Shown here piece after piece: positions 17,705 through 23,964 of a stretch of DNA of 41,808 nucleotides (positions within the stretch are counted from its first letter, which is position 1; every line of letters begins with the position of its first letter). Below the pieces are notes generated by a model, which searched no databases, had not been told where the DNA came from, and saw nothing but the letters and a program-made list of their open reading frames with translations. Origin of the DNA: a virus; IMG/VR virus record IMGVR_UViG_3300027583_000001. The stretch is one strand, 5' to 3'. Both the position numbers and the translations under genes were made by a program.

Positions 17705-17808
17705 TTGGCTGATCCTGGTTCAAAAGTACTCAGCAGCATCCCAATGGTGATCCCGAACGTGAAGCACGAGACACACGCCACAAGCCAAAATATTGTTCCA
17801 GCGTTCAT
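17701..17808 (-). CDS. Micro-ORF, 35-aa TM peptide (MNAGTIFWLVACVSCFTFGITIGMLLSTFEPGSAK)
   Basis: Not in the track. ATGA- and GTGA-coupled at both ends. Confidence 0.4.
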   Translation of the reverse strand: MNAGTIFWLVACVSCFTFGITIGMLLSTFEPGSAK

Positions 17809-18011
17809 TTCGACTGCCCTTCTGGATTAGACTGTTTCAGTTTCTCCGCCCACCGCACCGCATCACCCTTCGCTTCACCTAGCGTTTTAGCCCTACCGAT
17901 GAGCTTGAGGGCTTTAGGGTGGGTAAACCAAAGCTGATAGTCCGAGACTCCGCGGTGGATTCGATAGAAGCCGCTCTCGGTTACTCCGTCGCTTGTTTGT
18001 GTCCAGATCAT
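17805..18011 (-). CDS. Hypothetical protein (68 aa)
   Basis: GGAGG lies 4 nt upstream of the ATG at 18011. First gene downstream of the non-coding island. Confidence 0.6.
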   Translation of the reverse strand: MIWTQTSDGVTESGFYRIHRGVSDYQLWFTHPKALKLIGRAKTLGEAKGDAVRWAEKLKQSNPEGQSK

Positions 18012-18018
18012 GCGTCCT

Positions 18019-18048
18019 CCGTAACAGACCGTAACTATTGCGTAACAG
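18019..18048. promoter_or_regulatory. Three helically phased (C)CGTAAC(AG) repeats overlapping the SD of 17805..18011
   Basis: GTAAC at 18021, 18031 and 18042 (spacing 10 and 11 bp). CCGTAAC occurs twice and CGTAACAG twice. Confidence 0.4.
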
Positions 18049-18078
18049 CATCCTGAGTTTCCCTACGGGACTGCGCTG

Positions 18079-18093
18079 TTTTAATCATTAAAA
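18079..18093. promoter_or_regulatory. AT-only 7-1-7 palindrome TTTTAATcATTAAAA in an otherwise GC-rich genome
   Basis: The arms ttttaat and attaaaa are exact reverse complements. Followed by tattac. Confidence 0.35.
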
Positions 18094-18219
18094 TATTACT
18101 CCCATAGTCCGCCTTCCGCTTACCCACCCACCTCCTGTGGATACGCGCCCTAGGTCTAACCTGCTATACGGTAGATATCTCTCGGTCACCTGCTACTCCG
18201 TAGTAACTCAACCCCGAAA

Positions 18220-18585
18220 GACCATACCGAAAGATACTTTGAAGCAGGACCAAGGTTCAGCGGGAATCGAACCCTTAACCTCTGACACCAGTCAGATGCC
18301 CTGATCCTGCTCGAAATACCCTTCGGTATGAAGTCCACCCTATCCCCCACCGGGTTAGCGGTTAGGAGGCGCTCGGAATCCTCATCTGCGAATGAGGCAA
18401 GTTCGCGGCACCAGACTTGCTGGCTATTCCGAGTTCTGTGACAGCAGCCCTCGGGCGGCCCATAGTCTCTCTCGCGGTCAAGCGGCAATTTCAAACGGGG
18501 GTAATTGACTGTAATGGCAGAACGCTTTACAGTTACATCCGTTCTTCTTCGCACGTAGAACATAAACCCAACTCCCTTGGTCGTC
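18220..18585. ncRNA. Candidate structured RNA (class and strand unresolved)
   Basis: No credible CDS. Nested long-range helices: 18223-18231 cataccgaa / 18322-18330 ttcggtatg; 18243-18249 agcagga / 18305-18311 tcctgct; 18372-18379 ctcggaat / 18426-18433 attccgag. Local hairpins at 18281-18296, 18380-18397, 18411-18423, 18508-18533 and 18541-18561. Confidence 0.4.
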
Positions 18586-18618
18586 AAGCCCCCTTTTCAG
18601 GGGGTTTTGGCGTTTTGG
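18586..18618 (+). terminator. Intrinsic terminator oriented for the plus strand
   Basis: aagccccc-ttttca-gggggtttt then ggcgtttt: GC stem plus T-run on the plus strand. The reverse complement has no T-run. Confidence 0.6.
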
Positions 18619-18624
18619 GGGTCA

Positions 18625-18650
18625 TAAAAAAGCCCCCAGTGAGGGGGCTT
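18625..18650 (-). terminator. Intrinsic terminator for minus-strand gene 18670..19308
   Basis: The minus strand reads AGCCCCC-tcact-GGGGGCT followed by TTTTTTAT, about 20 nt after the stop. Confidence 0.8.
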
Positions 18651-18669
18651 CATTGTTCCCGCGGGAACT

Positions 18670-19308
18670 TTACGCGGCTTTCTTCCTCCGCTCGTGCTGC
18701 GGCAGATCATCCAAGATATGCTGCAATCTCGCCATGCACTCCTCTACCGCTGCTCTCGCCTGATCCGGGTCTTCATCGACCCACGTCATAACGCGCTTCT
18801 CCACCTTCGATAGCGCAGCCATGACCAATTCCATTTTCGGGGCTTCTGGTTGCTTAGCCAGAGCGAAGGTCCGTAAGGCCGTCTTCGTGACAGTCAATAC
18901 GCTGAGGCTTCGCACATCCCCGCCGGCCTTGATGTAACTCTGCAGCGTACTTGCCGCTGATCGGGCAAAGTTCGCCCGACCATTCCTCACTCCCGCTCGA
19001 GCGCGTCGCTCATCAACGCTCAAAAGCTCGTCGTCCTTTACATCGTCACTCGTGACACCTCGTAACACCGCGTGGTAATATGTCGTGTGGATCTCATGCA
19101 CATATTCACTGTGGCTGTGCAGATCGGTGTCTTTCAGCTTGCGCTTACCCGGAAATTTCGCCTGTAGCGAGGCGATTAAGATCCGAAGGTAAGCACCGTC
19201 TACCCGCTTCGCTCCTTCTGAACAGGCGCGATAGTTGACGGCGAGTAATTCAACATCATGCTCATCCGCGAGATAATGAGCTTTTTCAACCTTGTCGATA
19301 GTCTCCAT
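18670..19308 (-). CDS. Hypothetical early protein (212 aa from METIDKVEK)
   Basis: GGAGAAACCC precedes the ATG at 19308. The protein looks all-helical. It is the largest early-left gene, with no motif recognised. Confidence 0.65.
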   Translation of the reverse strand: METIDKVEKAHYLADEHDVELLAVNYRACSEGAKRVDGAYLRILIASLQAKFPGKRKLKDTDLHSHSEYVHEIHTTYYHAVLRGVTSDDVKDDELLSVDERRARAGVRNGRANFARSAASTLQSYIKAGGDVRSLSVLTVTKTALRTFALAKQPEAPKMELVMAALSKVEKRVMTWVDEDPDQARAAVEECMARLQHILDDLPQHERRKKAA

Positions 19309-19348
19309 GGGTTTCTCCAGAACTTGAGTTCTCGAACAATCAACGTCC

Positions 19349-19552
19349 CTATCCTGTATCCATAGCATCACCTCCTGTTAGCGACTGACTCACGCACTCC
19401 GGTGCTGTATGTGTGACGACACCCGCCTTTGTGTAACGGTTAACCGGCATCCGATCGTTATCTGAGACGACGACCCGCGTTGCATTGCAACGGGAACAGC
19501 GCGACTTCGTGACGTGCGGATAACGCTCGACGAGTACCCAACTATGCCGCAT
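19349..19552 (-). CDS. Hypothetical small protein (67 aa) with CSRC...C
   Basis: Same-strand ORF downstream of the XRE gene. Confidence 0.45.
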   Translation of the reverse strand: MRHSWVLVERYPHVTKSRCSRCNATRVVVSDNDRMPVNRYTKAGVVTHTAPECVSQSLTGGDAMDTG

Positions 19553-19621
19553 CGCGCAATACCGTATACCAATAGAACGCGATCTCCTGACAGATGAGTT
19601 CCGTCAGGTCAATATCCACGA

Positions 19622-19801
19622 TCACGTCAGCTCGGACTCTTTGCACCCGAGGGCCTGACTGATTCGCGTTAATGTGTTCGGTCTCGGTACTGTCCATCCT
19701 TTTTCCCATTTCGATACGTTGGCCTGACTGGTTCTAAGTGCTGCCGCGAGGGCTGTTTGTGACAACCCGCGCTTTTTTCGTATCGAAGCTAACTTTTTCA
19801 T
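19622..19801 (-). CDS. XRE-family (Cro/CI-type) helix-turn-helix regulator, 59 aa
   Basis: Not in the track (59 aa). Hand translation: MKKLASIRKKRGLSQTALAAALRTSQANVSKWEKGWTVPRPNTLTRISQALGCKESELT, a textbook HTH_3 pattern (RGLSQ..LA..L..S...VS.WE.G...P....L..I...L). Confidence 0.8.
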   Translation of the reverse strand: MKKLASIRKKRGLSQTALAAALRTSQANVSKWEKGWTVPRPNTLTRISQALGCKESELT

Positions 19802-19865
19802 GAAGTAGAGTATTACATAGCTAAATACCTATTGCAAATGCTATAGCACTGTGTATATTGCAGTC
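19802..19865. promoter_or_regulatory. Divergent early control region with two back-to-back sigma70-like promoters sharing one palindromic -35 hexamer
   Basis: TTGCAA (19832-19837) is its own reverse complement. Plus side: 16-nt spacer, then TATATT (19854-19859), with the ATG 7 nt later. Minus side: 17-nt spacer, then AATACT (complement of 19809-19814), with the ATG 8 nt later. Neither ATG has an SD. The palindromes tagcta (19818-19823) and gctatagc (19840-19847) sit in the two spacers. Confidence 0.55.
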
Positions 19866-19964
19866 ATGGACATTTACAGCAAGCAAGAGCGCACTACCCT
19901 ATGGGTGATCAAGGGATTGATGGGGCTGTTTGTGGTGGCGACAATCATGGAGTTTTGCGTATGA
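19866..19964 (+). CDS. Micro-ORF, 32-aa TM peptide (MDIYSKQERTTLWVIKGLMGLFVVATIMEFCV)
   Basis: First ATG after the plus-strand promoter. Its TGA overlaps the next ATG (ATGA). Confidence 0.3.
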   Translation: MDIYSKQERTTLWVIKGLMGLFVVATIMEFCV

Positions 19965-20197
19965 ACTTAGCCGGTCGTATGGCGCGCTGTGGTTGCGGTA
20001 AGACTGTCGCGTCGTCACCTGACATCGCTTTCTTTGAGTTTACTGGCGACGGCTCGGCAGAGGCCGCTGATATCTGCAAATGCGGCTATCACAAAATAGC
20101 CCATAGGCCAGATTTCAAGCAGGCATGCCGCGAGTTCACGGCCAAAGGGCCACAAGCGATTGACCGTTACTACTGTGGTTGCAGAGGATGGGATTGA
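19961..20197 (+). CDS. Cys-rich small early protein (78 aa from MNLAGRMARCGCGK)
   Basis: Same frame as track ORF 19901..20197. The ATG at 19961 is coupled to the upstream micro-ORF. Contains CGCG...CKCGYH...CGC. Confidence 0.55.
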   Translation: MNLAGRMARCGCGKTVASSPDIAFFEFTGDGSAEAADICKCGYHKIAHRPDFKQACREFTAKGPQAIDRYYCGCRGWD

Positions 20198-20198
20198 C

Positions 20199-20330
20199 AT
20201 GGACGACGAAGACTTCAACGAGCTAGATCAGCTCGACATTGACGAAATGCTGGCAGACGAAGAGCGCCATGATGCGGCGATTCTGAATCTCGCCCTCCAA
20301 AGTTTAGCCTTAGTGGGAGATATAGAATGA
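20199..20330 (+). CDS. Highly acidic 43-aa early protein (MDDEDFNELDQLDIDEMLADEERHDAAILNLALQSLALVGDIE)
   Basis: Not in the track. Starts 2 nt after the previous stop, and its TGA overlaps the next ATG. It has 15 Asp/Glu against 1 Arg. Confidence 0.5.
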   Translation: MDDEDFNELDQLDIDEMLADEERHDAAILNLALQSLALVGDIE

Positions 20331-20515
20331 AATACCGATTGATACATGACCATGCATCCTTGATGCAACCTTGGTTTCGCATCGAGCAGTTTAGGGATAA
20401 TCGATGGGCTCTCGTCGATAGCGGAATGAACGAAAATCATCTGCGCCAACGCTTTCAAAATCTGATCGACGGCACGCCGGAATTCACGGTCCTCGAAGAG
20501 GCGGAAAGCGCATGA
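20327..20515 (+). CDS. Hypothetical early protein (62 aa)
   Basis: Coupled ORF. Confidence 0.6.
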   Translation: MKYRLIHDHASLMQPWFRIEQFRDNRWALVDSGMNENHLRQRFQNLIDGTPEFTVLEEAESA

Positions 20516-20787
20516 GCATCTTTTTCATGTTCCTTGTGATCATGCTCAGTGCCTGCCTTGCCGTGATCATTGCTGAGTTCCTAACCCGATGGTGGGATGA
20601 CCGGCAAGAGGCAAAAGCCTTATTGCTGCGGGATATCAGAGTCAAGGATGAGCTAATCACGCGATTGAACTTGCAGGTTGCCCAGCTTACGGCAAGGGCT
20701 CACATGCTGGAGTACGCTTTAGCAACGAAGACTAAGCGGGGGCTGTATTTGGCTGAAGCCCCCGCTTTGTTACGTAAGCAAATATGA
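20512..20787 (+). CDS. Hypothetical membrane-anchored coiled-coil protein (91 aa)
   Basis: N-terminal TM segment IFFMFLVIMLSACLAVIIAEF, then a helical region. Confidence 0.65.
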   Translation: MSIFFMFLVIMLSACLAVIIAEFLTRWWDDRQEAKALLLRDIRVKDELITRLNLQVAQLTARAHMLEYALATKTKRGLYLAEAPALLRKQI

Positions 20788-21284
20788 ATGACACCATAGA
20801 CGCGTGGTGGCATCACCAGGACAGCCTGGATTGGCAGCGTCACATTCAAGTAGTAGCAGAGTTCAACACGTACTTACACGAAGAGGGTTACATGAAAGTT
20901 AAAGATATGATCGAAAGCAAGTACCTGCGCAAAGAGGACTTCGACGAAGACGCCATTTGCACCATCAAGGGGCTGAAACTCGAAAACTTGGGCAAAGATG
21001 ACAAGGTAGAGGAACGCTGGATCATCTACTTTCGCGAACAGGCGAAAGGGATGGTTTTGAACATCACCAGCATTCGCGTACTGGAATCGGCCTTTGGGGA
21101 TGAGTCGGATAACTGGGTTGGCAAAAAAGTGACGGTCTACGTAGACCCGAACGTGAGCTTCCAGGGCCGGGTCGTCGGTGGATTGAGACTTCGGCCCATG
21201 AAGCCATCGAAAGCCGATGCAGTGCGTCCTGGGACGGCTCAGGAAACGGTTACACCTGAACTCGATGATGACCTCCCATTCTGA
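20784..21284 (+). CDS. SSB-like protein with a canonical SSB C-terminal tip (…PELDDDLPF)
   Basis: 166 aa. The last residues, DDDLPF, match the bacterial SSB tip DDDIPF. The preceding P/A/T-rich linker and beta-rich core (WIIYFREQAKGMVLNITS...KKVTVYVDPNVSFQGRVVGGLRLRP) are compatible with an OB fold. Confidence 0.6.
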   Translation: MNDTIDAWWHHQDSLDWQRHIQVVAEFNTYLHEEGYMKVKDMIESKYLRKEDFDEDAICTIKGLKLENLGKDDKVEERWIIYFREQAKGMVLNITSIRVLESAFGDESDNWVGKKVTVYVDPNVSFQGRVVGGLRLRPMKPSKADAVRPGTAQETVTPELDDDLPF

Positions 21285-21553
21285 TGGCTAAAGTCACTGA
21301 CATGATCGGTGACTATGCAGACCCCCGAGGCGACTCGGGGCGTTCTGTGGATGAAGAACGCGCGATTCAATTAGCCGGCGAGATGCGCCAGATATTGAAC
21401 CGCGATCTAGAGGAAGTGGATATAGCGCTTGAGGCGTATTTGTATAACTGTCAGGTGGATCAGGACGAAATGATTGCGGCTTGGGATCACTTGAATGCTA
21501 TGGAAAGACGTGCTTGGCGTGAATACGTAAGGATCGGAAAAAATGCTAATTGA
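21284..21553 (+). CDS. Hypothetical early protein (89 aa)
   Basis: Coupled ORF (TGATG). Confidence 0.65.
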   Translation: MAKVTDMIGDYADPRGDSGRSVDEERAIQLAGEMRQILNRDLEEVDIALEAYLYNCQVDQDEMIAAWDHLNAMERRAWREYVRIGKNAN

Positions 21554-21869
21554 TGATGAACGACTCGAAACTGCGTTAAAGCGTTTGGCAAAGTCCGATG
21601 CGCTGGTAGCCGAGTTGCACATGAAAGCCGAGCGCGCCGAGTTCAAAGCGAAAGCAACGAAGGACGCAATATTCCTACGCAGCGAAGGAAACGTAGCGGA
21701 AAGGAACGCGCTGGCTGGCATTCACGAGGACTATGCTAAGGCTATGGATGATTACTTCACGGCTTTGCAGGCCCATGACACGCTCAAGAACGAACGCAGC
21801 CGGGAAGTGATCATTATCGAATGCTGGCGGTCGATGAATTCCACCCGCAATAAGGGGCTGATTACGTGA
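21543..21869 (+). CDS. Hypothetical early protein (108 aa, helical)
   Basis: Coupled ORF. Confidence 0.65.
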   Translation: MLIDDERLETALKRLAKSDALVAELHMKAERAEFKAKATKDAIFLRSEGNVAERNALAGIHEDYAKAMDDYFTALQAHDTLKNERSREVIIIECWRSMNSTRNKGLIT

Positions 21870-22198
21870 GCAGCCGCGACCTTAAACGCTATGAAGCCTT
21901 ACGCGAACTGGGGTGCATTGCTTGTCATCACGAACGGGGAGCCGCTCACATCCTGCCGGCTGAAGTCCATCATTTGGTGGATAAGGGCTATCGGAAGCAT
22001 TCAGGCGGTAACCAGGCAACAATCCCGCTATGCCATTGGCACCACCGCGGCGAACCGATCATGAATCATTCTGTCACTTGGATGCGTGGCATGTTTGGCC
22101 CCTCGATGTTCCATGAATCAAAGGAATTCGCCAGAGTGTATGGCAGTCAGCGCGAACTGTTGGCGAAGGTTAACGAACTGATTAAGGGTATCCCCTAG
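21866..22198 (+). CDS. Ref-family (P1 Ref-like, RecA-dependent) HNH-type nuclease
   Basis: 110 aa. LGCIACHH...PAEVHHLV...IPLCHWHHRG...FARVYGSQRELLAKVNELI matches the Ref/recombination-enhancement pattern (GC..C, P.E.HH, PLC..HHRG). Confidence 0.8.
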   Translation: MSSRDLKRYEALRELGCIACHHERGAAHILPAEVHHLVDKGYRKHSGGNQATIPLCHWHHRGEPIMNHSVTWMRGMFGPSMFHESKEFARVYGSQRELLAKVNELIKGIP

Positions 22199-22255
22199 TG
22201 CATTTTCAGGGTGCAATTGTCAGCCGCTTAGGCACAATGACCCTACGACTTAAGG

Positions 22256-22282
22256 CCGTGCCGAGTCGAAAAATAGGCACGG
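22256..22282 (+). other. 7-bp GC-rich hairpin between the Ref-like gene and the PASTA gene
   Basis: ccgtgcc-13 nt-ggcacgg. No T-run follows. Confidence 0.4.
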
Positions 22283-22312
22283 TAATAAGACTAACTACAA
22301 AGGGAAATTGAC

Positions 22313-22921
22313 ATGAAGGCTCTATTTCTGGCTCTGCTTTTGACCGGTACCGCATCCGCTTTGAACCTACCGATACCGCCCGGCTACCCAATTCTGCTCG
22401 GGAGGTCATGCGGCAGCGTCTTCGTTGCCTCATACATTGAGGGTTTCGACACGGCCGGCAACGTCCACGGAGAGTTGAGGGCATCCACTCGATGTCCCAC
22501 GAGCGGGCGCGGGGGTGGCTCGATTACTTACACGTCATACCACGCCATCACCTGGGACTTCTTTGGCGGCTATGTGTTGAGCGCCTATGACGGCGGAGCG
22601 TTGAATCCCGCTGAAGTTGCCGTCGATGCCTACGGTAACGTGGCACAAGTCGTGAACAACGTACCGACGCTAACGCTCAATTACCTGCCGCCCACCGCAA
22701 AACACATCGCGGCCATCGTTCCGGTGACAGCCGGAAAAGCGCAGGCAATCGCGACGGCGCAATTAACGGCCTTGGGATTCGTGCCGAGCATTACCTACGT
22801 CTATACCGGGACGGCGCCCGCAGGGTCGGTGCTGTACACAACTCCCGCGGCGGGACTCATGGAGCCGGTAGGCGCCGCGATACAAGTCGTCGTCTCTCTA
22901 GGCGGCGGAAACAACGACTAG
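22313..22921 (+). CDS. Secreted protein with a C-terminal PASTA domain
   Basis: 202 aa. Sec signal MKALFLALLLTGTASA-LN. C-terminal VPVTAGKAQAIATAQLTALGFVPSITYVYTGTAPAGSVLYTTPAAGLMEPVGAAIQVVVSLG fits the PASTA consensus (vP.v.G....A...L...Gf.......G.V....P.aG......g..v.l.vS.G). Confidence 0.7.
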   Translation: MKALFLALLLTGTASALNLPIPPGYPILLGRSCGSVFVASYIEGFDTAGNVHGELRASTRCPTSGRGGGSITYTSYHAITWDFFGGYVLSAYDGGALNPAEVAVDAYGNVAQVVNNVPTLTLNYLPPTAKHIAAIVPVTAGKAQAIATAQLTALGFVPSITYVYTGTAPAGSVLYTTPAAGLMEPVGAAIQVVVSLGGGNND

Positions 22922-22927
22922 ATCAGC

Positions 22928-22953
22928 GCAGCGGGACGGCACACCGCTGCTTT
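22928..22953 (+). terminator. Hairpin with a short T-run after the PASTA gene (weak intrinsic terminator)
   Basis: gcagcgg-9 nt-ccgctgc followed by tttg. Confidence 0.4.
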
Positions 22954-22978
22954 GATAAGGGAAAAGAGGAGAAGTCTA

Positions 22979-23284
22979 ATGGCTAGTATGACGTTCAAGG
23001 GGAAGGCGGCGGCCGCCGTTCTGGATGCGCTCAGCAATCCACCCAAGCCCACCAAGGCCGAGCGCGTGGCTAAGGAGCTATGTGATGCCGCCGAGGCGTT
23101 CCAAGACGCAGCGAACCAATTGTGGTGGGCACAGAATCCTGATGAGCGCGACGGCGTACCACCGAGCGAGGAACACGCTATGGAGGTTCATAGCGAGCGC
23201 TTTCAACACTTGACGGCCAGTATCTACGAAGTTCGGAAGGCGTTTGGCTTTCCTACTGCAAAGACAGGAAACGACAATGGTTAA
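22979..23284 (+). CDS. Hypothetical early protein (101 aa from MASMTFKG)
   Basis: AGGAG lies 8 nt upstream of the ATG at 22979. The track start at 22952 is TTG. Confidence 0.6.
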   Translation: MASMTFKGKAAAAVLDALSNPPKPTKAERVAKELCDAAEAFQDAANQLWWAQNPDERDGVPPSEEHAMEVHSERFQHLTASIYEVRKAFGFPTAKTGNDNG

Positions 23285-23549
23285 GCGATACGGCCCATGG
23301 AAGGATCGCGGCGGTTGGTCCAGCGCAATGGACGAGGAAAAAGATGGTGCCTACGTCAAGCATTCCGACTACGCGAAACTTGAGGCCGAATTGCGTGACG
23401 CCGTTGTGTTGCTCGCGACGGCCAACCCAGGCGAGGATTTGCCGGATCAAGAGAGCGCCGATTTGTGGTGTACCGCAGTATCAAAGTTTCTGCTCAAGCA
23501 CGAGCACTTGGTGATATATGCGCAAAGACAAGGAAGGGACAATGGCTGA
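23277..23549 (+). CDS. Hypothetical early protein, SDY-motif family member a (90 aa from MVKRYGPW)
   Basis: Conserved junction GGAAACGACAATGG. Contains DGAYVKHSDYAKLEAELRDA. Confidence 0.55.
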   Translation: MVKRYGPWKDRGGWSSAMDEEKDGAYVKHSDYAKLEAELRDAVVLLATANPGEDLPDQESADLWCTAVSKFLLKHEHLVIYAQRQGRDNG

Positions 23550-23964
23550 GCTATTCGACATCGAAATGGACGGGTTCGGGAACGGGCTTGTGCGCAAAGA
23601 GAGTCCGACCGGATTGTATCGGTGGGCCTCCGACTACGACGCCCTCAACGCACAGAACTCCCGCCTACGCGGCGCCATTGAGGATTATCTCGACGGCGAA
23701 AGCCAGGGCAACGTCACGGGACTGCGCCAGGCGCTTGAGGCTGCGCAAGCACCGGACGAAGGCCGAGATTTTTGGATGAATGTTTATCCAAACGGACATT
23801 TCGTGATGTGGCCGACGAAGGAAGTTGCCGAAGAACACTATCAAACCGGCCGAGTTGCTTGCGTGCATCTGAGGATGTTTAAGGGGCAATTTATCCCCTA
23901 CACGTTCATGCCGGAATGCCAGGTGCTTGAGGCTGCGCGGGAGGGAGATGACCATGGTCAATAG
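23542..23964 (+). CDS. Hypothetical early protein, SDY-motif family member b (140 aa from MAELFDIEMDG)
   Basis: Junction GGAAGGGACAATGG. Contains TGLYRWASDYDALNAQNSRLRGA. Confidence 0.55.
   Translation: MAELFDIEMDGFGNGLVRKESPTGLYRWASDYDALNAQNSRLRGAIEDYLDGESQGNVTGLRQALEAAQAPDEGRDFWMNVYPNGHFVMWPTKEVAEEHYQTGRVACVHLRMFKGQFIPYTFMPECQVLEAAREGDDHGQ

Noticed and set aside
18243-18311. tRNA or tmRNA on the minus strand: GGGTTCGATTCCC T-loop-like motif enclosed by a perfect 7-bp stem (AGCAGGA/TCCTGCT)
   Set aside because: I could not build a cloverleaf. The T-like stem is only 3 bp (flanks AAGGG/CCCGC do not pair) and it is not adjacent to the 3' strand of the 7-bp stem. The only other hairpin has a 4-nt loop rather than a 7-nt anticodon loop. 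There is no D arm, no CCA and no tmRNA-type GGGG...CCCCACCA ends. I kept it as part of the unclassified structured island. A partial tRNA 3' fragment marking an attP was also considered, but there is no integrase.
18186-18587. 133-aa minus-strand ORF inside the non-coding island
   Set aside because: It starts with TTG, has no SD, and is very Arg-rich with many AGG/AGA/CGA codons unlike neighbouring genes. It overlaps the region of dense base-pairing.
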